64,000 bases of DNA from Trichodelitschia bisporula (taxonomy: Eukaryota), in assembly GCA_010356995.1 (NCBI GenBank), contig ML996693.1, positions 1,054,001 to 1,118,000 of the forward strand, written 5' to 3'. The notes beneath the pieces are model-generated. The model did no database searches. It was not told the DNA's origin and saw only the letters and a list, made by a program, of their open reading frames with translations. Below, piece after piece: positions 36,452 through 49,139 of the stretch (positions are counted from its first letter, which is position 1; each line of letters begins with the position of its first letter). Both the position numbers and the translations under genes were made by a program.

Positions 36452-37354
36452 TGGGCGATTGATGGCGTTGGGTGGGATGGAATGGAATGAGGCGCGATGA
36501 TGGATTCATGGATGGCCAGGTGGTGCTGAGCCTGCCTTCAAATCGGGGATTTGGGTGAGAATACGCGGCGGCAGCCGTCGGGTTCAATATGCCTACACCA
36601 ATCAACCTTTCCATTGTGCACCCATTCCAGGTCATGATGTATGGTAGTTTAGGTTCGTGGTTCCCGCGCGCGTTTGTATGCCTCCCTCTAGTTCTAGCAA
36701 CGGTGCGAAAATCACGCTTCCCGTCCAATATCCCGACATCCCCGTCTGCCAGATTTGCCATCTATCACCAGCCCGCCAACAGCTACCACCACCTCACCCA
36801 CCTCCAAGCACAACCCAAACCTCATTTTCCCACCCCTCAGCAGCCTCTTCGCCTTACCTGTTCCACAAAGCCAATCCGGGTAGCTCATGTCACGGCGTAC
36901 ACCCACACTCTCACAGCCGGACAAAGACCTCCACAAGCACAATCTGAGGAGTATGTACACCATGCATTAGCACTAGCAGTACAGCACATATCTACAACCC
37001 CCTCAACCCCCGTCCTCTTCCTTCCCTTAACCTCACTGCTACCAAAAACAATAAGATTAACCTCCGCAACCCATGCAAAGCAGCGATAACCACATGCCAT
37101 CAAGGCAAAATGAACCCTCCTAGGCAAAACAAGAACGAACACCGATTCAAAGTGCCTTCGCCAAAGGAAACGCCTTTTAAAACCAAGCCAAAACCGTACC
37201 AGCCGACCGTTTCCGTTCCGAGACCCATTAGTTGTCCAAGGTTGATGCCCTTGGGGGTGATACGAGCATTAGAGCCAAAAGTCGATGATGCCGAGAGGGG
37301 GTAAGAGATGGAGAGGATGAGAAGAGGTATCGGACTCCGCAAACATCATGCCAC

Positions 37355-40300
37355 TCACGCCATAAGCGCCTGCACCTTCGCCCTCTCACTCACAATCTCC
37401 GCCTGCAACCGTCTTGTCCGCATCATCGCCTCATCCCTGTCCTCATTAGCACCCATCCCCACCCAAACGCGTATACGAAAGAACATACCTCTCGCCCTGC
37501 AACTCCCCCACCTCAATCTGCGCCCTATTCATCCTCTGCACCACCTCCTCCATCTCCCCCTCCGCATCCCCCAGCGCCTTCTCCAACTCCGCAACCCGCC
37601 TCTCCAAAATCTCCGTCCTCCCCACCTCCCCAATACTCATGCCCACCCCACTCCTCGTCCACGCCAACACCGGCCCCCTCCCCCCAAAAAGCGCTTTCTC
37701 CGCCCCCTCCGCCCCCGGCGGTAGTATCACACCCCGCACGAGGCCAGCATGATCCGCCTCCCTCAACAGCCTCGCATCCTCATCCACCCCCGCCATAACC
37801 CCCTCGCTCCTCGCCTGCGCCGCCATAACGCGCTCCTCCAACTCCCTGAGCCGTCCCTGCATCGTCGCAATCCGCTCCGCACAGCGTTCCTGCTCCCGCT
37901 CCCCCCGTCCAATCGCCTCCGCCAGCCGCGCCCTCAGCGAGGTATTCGCAGCCATCTGCGCCGCGACCTGCTCAGCGAGCACATCCATGCGCCTAGCCGC
38001 AGCATACAGCTCCGTCGCCAGTGCGCGGTGCTCAGACGTCGCGTCCGAGTCCGCGGGGGAGAGCGGCTGGGGCCCGGTAAGTGCGCTTGGCGGCGGCGAG
38101 TCCTGCAAAGCGCGGGCCTGGGCGCGATACGATTCGGCTTGGTCGAGGGCGTGTGCGCGCTCGGCCTCGGCGTCGGAAATGGATTGCTTGAGGAGCGCGA
38201 GGATGCGCGCGTCGTCTGCGCCCGCGCCCTCCATTGCGCGTACCCGTGCCAGGGACAGGGCTTGCGTGGTGCGCAGCTCATTGTACGCGGTGTCGAGGAG
38301 GGCGCCGGCGGGGGGGATCTGCGCTTCGTCGTCGCCGCGCTCGTAGCCGCGCTCGTTGAGGAGCACGCGCAGGGAGCTCGTCTCCTCGCGCGCACGGTCC
38401 AGGTCCATTTTCAGTCCGCCGAGTCCCTTCTCGCACATCCACTTCTGCTCTAATGCATCATCGGCGCGCCGGCGGAGGACCTGTATCTCCTCGCGCAGGC
38501 CGCGGACTTCGCGGTAGAAGGCCGTGCGGCGCGGGGTGAGATTCTGCGCGCGGTCGCGCTCGGCCTCGAGCTGCTTGAGCCGGCGCTGGTGGACCTTTGC
38601 CTCATGTGAATAGCGCTCGAGGAGCGTCTTCAGGGCCGAGTGCAGGGCCTCGCGCTGCTGCTCCGTCTCCTTGACGCGTTCGGCGAGGGCCTCGCGGGAC
38701 TCGTGTAGTCCCGGAGAAGGGCCGGCACTTGTTGGTGTTTGCGAGCCGGGCGGGCCGTTGGGGTGCTTGACGGAGTTTGAGCGGGAGAGGGCGCCTGAGC
38801 CGGCGCCGGAGTTGGAGCGGGACACGCGGCCTGTGGGGCGCTTGGTTGCTAGCGATTTGGAGCGGGAGAGGCCGAGGCCGGAGAGTTGAGGCGAGGGGGG
38901 CGGGAGGGGGTAGGCGGGGATGTCTTCCTCGGCGATGGAGCGGAAGCGCTGCTGCTGCTGAGCCTGCTTCAAGGTTTGGTTTTCCTCTCTTAATGCGCGG
39001 AGTTCGTGAGCGACGCGGGAGTGCTCATATGTCAGGGCCTCCTTTTCCGCCACTTCGTGCTCGAGCGCTTCCACTCTTGCTTTCAGTTGCGGTATCACCT
39101 CGTCGCGCAGCTCATCGCGATCGTTCCGCACGGCCTCGCCTTCCATGCGCATCCCTCCGATTAAGTCCTCCACGTTCTCGCGGAACTGTCGCTCCTCGCC
39201 GAGCTTCCGCTTCAATTCGTCGAGCATGAGTTCCAATTCGCGGACGCGCTCGCTCTCCAGCTGCCCGCGCGCCTGCGCATGTATACGCTCTTCTAGCGAA
39301 TGTACCCGCTCTTCCGCCTCCTGTCGCGCTCGCAACGACTCTTGTAACCGCTGCGTCATGTCCAGCTTCAACTGCGCCTTCTCTTGCTCTGCGCGCCGCC
39401 GGATCCGCTCCAGCTCTTCCAGCTTCCCATCTGCTCCATCGCCGCCATGGAGGGGAAACCTAACGGAGCTAGTGCCGGAATCTGAGTAGTAGTCACTGGT
39501 GCGGCGGTTGGCGTCCAAACCTCCAGACCCAAACGTGCTGCCGGCTTCGATATTCGCTTTCCACCGCTCTACTTCATCCTCCAGTTCCAATTCTCGTTTT
39601 ATAGAGTTTGTGAGTTCGGAGCTCAGCTCCCGCAACTGCTGCTCCAACTCAGCAGTCACTGAACTGGACACAGGCGGCGATGGGAGGCCCGGCGTGCCCA
39701 AGCCGTAGTACGAAAGCGAACCACCGGCATTGGCGCGAGGAATGTCCAGCGCCGCCGGCTTGTGGACCCCAGATGGCAAGTTCATGGGGAAAGAGTTTGT
39801 GTGCGGTAAGGGTGACGGCAATACCGGGGAGCGATCGGAGAAGGTCGTGGTGGGAGAGTCGCCGGAGGGCGTTCGCCGGCTCCAGCCGAAGAAGGATGTG
39901 AATTTGGTAGAGGGAGACTTGGGATTCTTGTTGATGTATCGGGGGTCGAGGTCATCGTCTCCGGGTGGTGGGAATGGATCGAGACGAAGACTGGACGAGT
40001 GTGCGTGGACTGCTGCCATGCTTTTCGAGTGAGAGTGGCCTAGATGCTGGGACGAGCCGGTGCTCCTTTGCCGCCTGCGGAAGAAGATATCGGGATATGA
40101 TAACCCCTTTGAGTGCTGTGGTCGAACTGGCGATATAATTGCGGGTGTCGGGTTGCTCGCGATCGTGGTGAGCGAAGCATAGCGAGTCTGGGGTCCTCCG
40201 TCTCCTGCGGCAGAGGCGTTCTTGTCCGTCTGCAGGCCGACAGGAGGCTTGTTCAATTGGGGAGGGAGCAACGGTGATGTGCCGTGTGGGTTTCTGAAGG

Positions 40301-41114
40301 AAGGCAAGAGAGGTCAGCACGATGCAAGCCTAGGCGGGAGGCGGGACACCAGGACGAAAGCGGAGGGAACAGCGGTCCAAGCTTCGGCCTGTCAACAAAG
40401 ACGGGGGGAATGTTGAGGCTTGTGTGTGGGCCATTCAATAGATACGGCTATTGTGTGGAATGTTTCCCCCACGGTCTCATATAAGAAGAGATGCGCTACT
40501 CACCTGTCCAGATCCCGAATCAATAGCTCCCCTTCGCCAAATCTTTCAGCAGCACTCGGTACTGCCAATCTACTCCCTTGCAGTGTAGAGGGAGCGCCTG
40601 CTGCAGGACGAGACGGCAGTTCAGTCGCGGAGGAGTTCTGTTGCGTTGCGCCTTGCGGACGTTCTGCAGCAGCCACTGTGGACCGCCCGTCCAGAGTATT
40701 TGCGTTTACTCTGCTTGCCAGCCCGAATGTATCCTGGCGAACGGAGCCAGACCCGGTATCTTGGTGGAATCGCACGCCGAACTCAGCAGCAATGGGGGAT
40801 GCAGTGGACGGCAGCGGCTTGCGATTTACGAGGCCGCCCCGGGAGCGCACGGGAGGTGTGGATGGAGAAGGCCCGGAGGATGCGGCGGAGGCGCTTTGAA
40901 TGGCGTTCGCGGCGCGAGGAGAGGAGTTGTTGGCGCTTGGGCCCGGAGACGCGCGAATGTGAAATGCCGACAGAGTATGCGGAAACAGAGGAAACGAGAT
41001 GCCCGGAAGTGAGAGCTTCTTCGGGCGCTTTGGTTGACGAGATTCTTGAGAACGTCGCGGAGTAGCCGCGAAGGAGGAAGAGGCAAGGCCCGTTGGATCC
41101 GCGTTGGACTCCAT
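37355..41114 (-). CDS. Large conserved fungal coiled-coil protein (disordered N-terminus, Uso1-like coiled coil); introns ~40294-40503 and ~37436-37487
   Basis: 204-aa and 953-aa ORFs join via GTGAGT..CAG. Motifs KRELELEDEVER, RTSDYYSDSG, ALEQKWMCEKGLGGLKMDLDRA. Last exon DEAMMRTRRLQAEI..MA*. Confidence 0.8.
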
Positions 41115-42943
41115 CGCGGTTGGACTTCCAAGCTGTGCGAAGGCTAGCTAGCGCGCATTGATTCGTGCTAGGCACGCCAGGGTGGATGGGCTGCGCGCAA
41201 GGTGCAAATGATGGCCTACCCTATCTGATTAGGGGCGCGGCAACTGCACGAATTCGGCTGTAAGTGAGGTGATCTGTTGGATGAAGTCGGCAGGATGGTA
41301 TTTGAGCATGTTAGCGTGGCGCCGCTTCTTGCGCAAGACTGAGGGGTTGCTATTCGACGCGAGGGATATTTCGAAGAGGATGGTGGGCAATGTGCATCAT
41401 CTCACTCGCTGTCCACGTCCCCGGTCGCAATCTTCGGTCGCGTGGCCAGAGAATCAATCTCGAAGAGCCTCGATGAGTGGCAACCCGTCGAGCGCACCGT
41501 TGCACACTCTCTTCTGCCGTTTCCTACTGGCGATGCGCGAAATGGTTCGGAGACGGGCTGCTTTGTTCAGACTGATTGGTCTGTTGGTGTTGAGCGGGGG
41601 CGAGGGGGGTGAAGTCAAAGCCTTTGTCAGGTACAGCACCGCATTGATTGGGTGGGCGGACTATGTGGCTTTCGACTCCTTTGTTGGTTTGTTGGCCCGG
41701 ATCAGCTGGTGATCTGCAGGTGAAGGGGGGGCTGGAGCCAAAGGGCGGGGGAGTGAAGAGGCGCGTTTTGGCGTCGAGTGTAGCCGGGGTTCGAGAGCGA
41801 CTCCGCGGGCGAGAAAGGTTGCTTAATAACACCGGCGAAGATGCTGGAGGAAGAGGGGGATGAGGTTGCCGAAATGTAGATGGAGAGAAGAGCTTATGGT
41901 GTTGAGCTTCGCTGTCCGACGGGTCACAAGAGTGGACCAGGGAAGGCGCGAAGAGTCCAAAGGCGTCTTGTATGACGTTCCACTACCAGTCGTCCACTCG
42001 TCTTGCGGAAAGGGGAGAGCCGCTGAACAATACCCGCCGATGGGTGACACCACTCGCAACGTGAACAATAGACTTCAACGATGGCAACGACAATTCTGCT
42101 TCACTCATCATCAACCTCACTCCCCCATCCCCACTGCATATGTATAACAAACTCTCCGACCGTCCCTGCAGACCTCTGCATCTACATTGCCTTGCATCCG
42201 CCCCAAGTCTCACCTCCTTCATATACGGATGTACAAAAGGCCCAGCGCCCTCGACATCGGCGTACCCCGCTGCAGGAGGCAGCCTCTCCGTCTCAGATAT
42301 CGCCCCCAGCACGCCGTGCAGCCTTCCACCACCCTCCACACACATTCTCTGCGCAAAATTCTCCGCCAGCGCTTCGCCCACCTATAAGCAGTCATCACAC
42401 ACCATCCGACTTCTATGTCTCATCGTGACTCCCCACGAGGCCAACGGCGCACCCGTAGCACCGATCGTACCCGTCGCACGGCAGCCCGCGCAAGCGCGCC
42501 TTCGCCCTACCTATCGCAAACCATTCGAGGGGGCAGACATGCTTGGTGTTTCAAGGCGGCAACACGCCCGGCCCAATAGTTTCACTGATACGGCTTCTGT
42601 CGCAGCGGGGCCTCGAGAACACGAACGATGATATGCGGCATCCCGGTTGCTTAACGTTTTGTTTCGCACGTCATTTCGTCGGCACGGTGGTTGCGGGTGA
42701 AACGCCGTTGCCGACACGGGGTTGAGCTGTGGATGGCTTGAGGTGGTACGTACTTCGTACCTGACGTTTGGCTGCTTTGAGTGAAGTATCCAGGACGATC
42801 AAGGGCCACCAGAACAAAGTCGTAGCCGCCCCCATATGCAAGTACGCATGGGCATAGCGGCAATTACTTTAGTGGTGGCCCTTGGATATCGGAACAGCCG
42901 CACACCTCACATTCGTCTCCACCCCTTCATCCCATATCTCACA

Positions 42944-43043
42944 GGCAAGGTGGCCGAGTTGGTTAAGGCGTCAGGTTAAGGTCTCCCTTAGCAACAATAT
43001 CCTGATTCAGAAATGAGCACGAGTTCGAATCTCGTCCTTGTCA
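42944..43043 (+). tRNA. tRNA-Leu(AAG) with ~18-nt intron
   Basis: GGCAAGG/CCTTGTC acceptor stem; A box TGGCCGAGTTGG; anticodon stem TCAGG/CCTGA with loop TT-AAG-G; intron after position 37 containing CCTTA; long variable arm; B box GAGTTCGAATC; T-run terminator ~43057. Confidence 0.93.
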
Positions 43044-43930
43044 ACATGCTGTTCTCTTTTTGCTTCCTTGGGACCGGTGGGGGAAGTGGGGTGGTGGGGC
43101 GAGGCTAGCGGCAAGGCTGGACCGGCCCGATCTTTTGCGCATAATTTAGACGTCATGGAAGGTAGGTAATGAGTAATTGAATACGGATGTTGAATCGATG
43201 TTCGGGTACAGTGGGGAATGTGCGTCGGCTGTTAAACCTGCGTGAGGGTGAGAGCCGGTCCAGTTATCATCAGGCCACGGACAGAGTGAGCAGAACGTTC
43301 GACGAGAGGGAGATTCAGGACAGGAATGATGTAGACACGGAAGGAGCATTGTTATGTCGGGAAGGAGCATACTTTTCTGAGGAAGGGGACATGATGCAAT
43401 GTGCGCATGACAGGAGGAATGAGCATATGAGGATACTTGGCATCATCGTGTATTTCTTTTTGAGAGTCTTCCTCTCTTCCTCTCTTCCTCTCTTCCTCAC
43501 TTCTTTTTTACTTCAATCATCAGCATTTCACAGAGTCTTTTGCTTCCATCAAGGAAGTTGGTGAGGGAAGTATTGCGAGGCAGCATCAGCCACCCCAGCA
43601 TGAATTTAGACACTCCAGATCCGCAGCAGTATGCAAAATCCCTCCCAGGCTAGTAGCAGACCCCATCCCAACCAACCGGCAAGCCCCCCTCATGAACTCG
43701 TCATAATATCACAATCCGCCCAGTCCCTAACGCAGGCATCTATCGGGGGGTATAGCCCATGAATGAAGTGAGGAAGAGCAACTCCAGTCTACCCAACCGC
43801 TCACCAAGAAAAGTCAGATCCCCAAGCTCCATCGCCAAAATGCTCAGCCTCGAAGTAGAGGAACGAAAGGGCGCCAGAAACTCCAGCCAAACCCATGGAC
43901 GGTGGAAACGTACAGCGAATGAGTATACCG

Positions 43931-46259
43931 TTACCAGCCTGCACCTGTTAGCCATGCCCGAGCAGCAACAGAAGAAAAGAAACTTACCAAATGTCTCCGA
44001 ATGCAGCGTAATATCCTCCACCGCGCCCGAAACCGCCATGCCCTGCAATCGGGCAACCTCATTCGCAACCCCAATCTTCAGCGCATTCGGCCCACACACC
44101 GTAACCAGATTCCTTCCACCAGGCACCATAAACCCAGGCAACAGGTTCTTCATATCAGGTCTTCCAAACCGCACCTCGACTTTAACCCGCTCACCCGTCG
44201 CCTTCGCCGCACCCGCGCCAACCATCCCCGCTGCCATCAGTAACTCCAGCTCCGCGCTGCGCCCCTGCTGCCCATCCGCCTCCTCCTTGCTCGTCACGTA
44301 GATCAGCACTTCTACGCGGCACTCCGTCGACGAGGGCAGGTCGGCCAGCGCACGCAGCGCGCGCACAATCTCCGGCCGCGCCCAGGCTATCCACGCCGCC
44401 TTGCGGATACTCCACACGAAGCGGACGCTGCGCGTGCGGCACGCGCGCTCCCGTTCGATATCCGCCGCAAACCCGTCCGCCTCCTTACCGGCGCCAGGCA
44501 TGGGCCCGAGGGCCGATGCAGCCGCGATTTTCTCGGACAAGTACACGAGCCACGGCAGCGAGGCCGTGACGCCGGATCCGCCTGCCACAGTCACGAACCC
44601 ATCGAAGTAATGCTGCGCAGGCCGGACGTAGTCGCCGAACGGACCGTCAATCCACGTGCCCACATCCGCGGTATTCGCGCGCAGGGATTCGAGGGCCTCG
44701 AGCGAGGGGAAGCCAGGGGATGTGGGCGTTGTGCGGCCGCTGTAGCGGTATGGGCTGAGGGGCGCGGTGCTCAAGGTCGAGACCACGCGTGGTTTCGTGG
44801 TGGAGGTGAAACTGGCGCGGCTCGGGTTTTCGCTTTTCAGGCGGGAGAGGGAGGAGTAAGAGTCGTGGCGCGCGCGGGGCGGCTCGTCGAAGTCGGTGAC
44901 GCTCATCATGGGGGTTGAGCGGCCGTTCACGGTCAGGCCGCTGAGGTTGGAGAGACCCTGCTCCTCGCGGCGTTTGGCGAGTTTGTTGAGTTTGCGGGTG
45001 AAGCCGCCGCAGGCGCGGACTAGGAAGACCATTTCGTTCTGTCCGCCTAGGTAGCGCGGTGTTGGCACTGAGGCGATGGTGAAGGGGTGGTTGTCCATGG
45101 CGCTGATCCCTGGGATGCTGATGTAGCAGTGCTGGCCCGGTCGCCAGCGGAGCCTGGCCGGTACAGTCACGGTTACGCGCGTCATGTCGCCCGGCAGGCT
45201 TTCGAGGGCCGTCGGGAAGCCGTGCAGCCCCCGGCTGAGAGGGAAGGTGAAGCGGTTACGCTGGATCATGCGCGCGATGACGCTGAAGGCCCACAGCGCC
45301 ATAGCGCCGTAAATGTACTCCGGTGCGGCGTACTCGCCCTTGATGTGCCAGAACATGAGCGCGAACCAGCCGGCGGCGAAGAAGATGTGTAGATGCTTGA
45401 AGACTTCGTAGGCTTTGTTGCGGAAGTAGGGGAGCGAGAAGATGACGAGCAGGATGAAGACCGCCTGGAGGAAGGTGCCAGGGAGCTGGTGCGGTTAGCG
45501 GGTTTGACAGAGACAGGAGCGAGGGATGTCACGTACTTCGCGCCGGTGCAGCCTGTACAGCAGAACCAGCTCGTTCCAGCCACCCTCCTTGAGAGGCGCG
45601 ATTATGTGGGGTACCTATCCGGTAAGCGGTGCCAACCTCAGCTTCGGCTAACGTACGGCATGGATAATGGACAGGCAAAAGAGGATATACGCGACGAAAC
45701 GGTGCCATATGTTTAGTTTCGCGTACGAAATGCCCGTCAGGAAGGTTACGACATTGACCTTGCCGGCCAGCGCGATGCACACGGGTGTCAAGCCGGACAT
45801 CAACATGGCGCAGCGAACGGATAGCGGCGGTGACCCGTATCGGAACTCGCTGCGCAGGTACTTGCCCTGGAAGAAGGGGAGGATGGAAATGTAGATTGTG
45901 GCGGCGGCCATGAGCAGGAGGACACCATAGGAGATATCGAGGGAGTCGCCGAGCTTGCCTGATAGTCGGCGGTAGGTGAAGGAGCGCCAGTATCCGACGA
46001 GGCGATGCTGGAGGTTGGAGCGGCGGTGAAAGTCGTTTAGGCGATGGCGGAAGTGGATGATCATGAAGAGGCCGATGAGGACGGCGTAGAACCAGACGGC
46101 CCATTCGCCGTAGCTTTCGAAAAATGTGTTCGAATACGCGTTTTGTGAGTCGTTCCAGCCGATGATGAAGGCTTTGCACGACCGGTTCATGCACCGCGGG
46201 TCTTCGATGGGAAGGTTCCACAGCGTATTTTCGGATTGGTCGCCTGCGTAGTCGGCCAT
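43931..46259 (-). CDS. Ferric/cupric reductase (FRE family); 3 introns
   Basis: ALAGKVNVVTFLTGISYAKLNIWHRF, heme-ligand His pairs (YEVFKHLH..FWH), WRPGQH, HPFTIAS (FAD), DGPFG, VAGGSGVT (NADPH), VCGP; the final intron yields ETFGW*. Confidence 0.92.
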
Positions 46260-49139
46260 CTTGGGGTGGTTGTCTACGCGGCCAGGGGGGAGCTTTGGGG
46301 TTGCAACTGAAAGGGGGGGGGAACAAGAGCACTGCTACGATGGGATACGGAAGAAGCGAACGTCGAGGCTACGATCGTAGCCTAATGGAAAGGGAAACGA
46401 ATGACGATGGTGGGAGAAATATCAGCACAGACTTCAAGGGGCACGGAAGGGGAACAGGAAGCTCATATATTTTTCTAGGAGTCTTTCGAAGCTCCCCTTA
46501 GGCATAGCCGGCCAAGTGTCGGCGAAGGCTGAGATTGACGCCGACAGCCACATGCGCCTCATACGGAGTGGCATCCTGTCGGACACAGCAAAAAGTCAGT
46601 GGTGCAGGGGCGCTCGGATACCACGGAATGGCAGCGCTTGCCCATGAGAGGAGAGGCGCGGTGGTATGAGCGAAATGGAGTTCGGAGAAGGAGAGAAAAG
46701 TATCATGCAATGGCGGCCATCGTCAACTCCGACAATGCAGCCTCAATTGCATCGCCAATCGGCCATCTCACAGGCTGCAGCGTACTTTCGCAGTTGCAGT
46801 GCGCAAATCCCCGCCGGACATTCGCGGTGTTCGAAGCACAAAATCCCCTAGCGGCCAGGGCTGATGGCTGCTCAGCCAAACTGCCGCGCTGGACCACTCA
46901 GGAGGCGCGCCGCGCGCGCTCGCGACTTGGCCGCTATTTTGGGAGGACAAGGGCGGGGCTAAGCGGCGGCTAACTGGTTGGCGGGATCTGGGACCTGAAG
47001 CAACGAGATTCTAGCGGCCGAACATGCCAATTGACGAAGCTGTTGTTGTTGCGGTGGGAGATGAGCCGCCAGCAAGTGCTGGCTTTGACACGGCAGTCAA
47101 GAGCGGGGCCTCAGTATGCCTAAAGGTACCTCGCGCTCCTCATCAACGCGATGGGGCAACTGCCCCCCCGTCATCGTTGGACAAAGGAGGCAGGACTCGA
47201 GGGCAGAGCTTCGAACACGAGAGACAGACTCGGAGCATGAAACAAAAGCTCCCCACAAGGCTCGGCGTGTTCAGAACGCCGATCGCAGGTGATGACTCAC
47301 TCCTCCGCTTCCACTTCGCCATGATAAAGCCTTTATCACCACCTGTCGTGCACGCCTATGACGAAGCAGCCGCAGACCAACGGCCTTACCGCAGCAAAGC
47401 AGACGGTGTAACAACGCCGACGCTGCACGCTTGTCGCTCGACCGTCCGCACAGCATGGAAGCAGCGTTCGAAAGAAGCAGGATCGGCATCAGCTATCGGC
47501 ATCAGCAGGGCAGCCGTACATAACGGCACAACGACCGCACAACGGCACAATCCGCCCACCATGCAGCGCCCATGCCTCCTCTCGCCCCCTTTCGCGACAA
47601 GACGTCGCCCCCCAGCCACCACCGGGCCCTCGTTTTTCCACAACCGTCCGGGCCTGAGCTCCGCTAACCAATTAGCTTCCTGCTTTTCCGCCATGCGGCC
47701 CGCCGCGCGCTGCAAGGCACGGGAGGCGCGCAGGGAGGAGAGGCGAGTGGGCCACGCAGCGGCGACGCGTGGGGGCTGAGACGACGGAACGTGCCCTGCG
47801 TGCACAAAACACGCCCGCCGCTATGACATGTTTAACCTAAAAACGCATCGGTAGTCCATCGGTTTCGCGATTCCACCTTTCCGCCGGCATGCCGTGCGCG
47901 CCTGCGGTGCCGAAACCTGATGCGGGGCCGGCGCGAGGCTATGTGCTGTTGTGCGGCAGCTAAGCCGCGAGGGCGGGTGAGGAGGGTCCGGTGGGATAGG
48001 CGGTGTTGCGCGACGAGCCTTGTGTAGTAGCTAGGGCCTTGGATGCTGAGAGCTTGGGACGCTCGGCTTGGGGTGGCGAGAGGTTGAGGTTGCATGCCGC
48101 GGTGAGGTGGCATCCGGGGATGCGGGGCTGCCTGGGCGTCGGTGGAGCGGGGAGGAGTGCTGGGTTGAGGTTCGCTGTGTGGGATCGGAGTGTCGGTATT
48201 GGTATGCGGATGCTGTGGGATGAGGGACGTTGGTGAGTGGCTGGGTGGGATGATGATTTCTGGGGCTTAAGTTGCCGTTTTGGGATGGCATTCAGCTGGG
48301 GATGTTGACGACACTTCCAGTTTGTCAGCCCATCGCCATGATCCGATCACCTAGCTTGTGTTTCCGGATCCGCTCCCCTTTTCCTAAAACTCTCAGACCA
48401 CCAGCTTCTCGCGCTCCGAAGTCCTCAGTCATGTCAGGACCCGACTTGCTCATATCGTCGATCGCAAGGCTGGCCCGCACACCCACAGCATCCGCACCAT
48501 TTCTGGACACATCCTTCGCACCGGCAATCGCCGCGACGCCGACATCAAGCATCCTGGATGTCATGCGGGCGGCATGACCTTCGCTTATGCGAGATACGTA
48601 TCTGCCGTATCTTGCCAGCCGAAGCGAGGGCGCTGTGGTGATCGCTGCCGTGCCTCATTGAACCAAGGCCGTCACTGTCCATCCGGGGTCCGCATGAATC
48701 CTGCTGCTCATAGCTCTGCCGTATCGAGGTCGGTACGTCATGCATGAGCTATGGTTTGTCGTTTTTACTGTTGATCTCAAAACCAAGCTGGTAGATAGCC
48801 TTGCTCAATTGGAGGAGCTACGGGCATCGGTTTTGCAGCTTGTCGGCAAGGCATGAAGCATAACGCCTACCGTTCGAAATCGGCCCGAGATGACGAACAT
48901 ACTGAACCTCGAGTTCGGATCCTTTGCCCATAGTAATTGTCATCGCGGCTATTTGCCCAAAAAAAACAGAAGGTGTGTTACACCCCTCATACTTGCTCGC
49001 AGGATGAGCGTTCGTGGGCTAATTGTTGCTCTAGGGGGGTAAATTATTCACATTGCTCAAGAATTCATGAAAAAACTTCACTTCAAAGTCTCGTGCAAAG
49101 AGCTCACTGAAAAAGGCTCATACTCGTATCTCTGATATA

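Noticed and set aside
46300..49100. ORFs upstream of the ferric reductase (e.g. 47024-47779)
   Set aside because: No recognisable domains or splice structure; treated as intergenic
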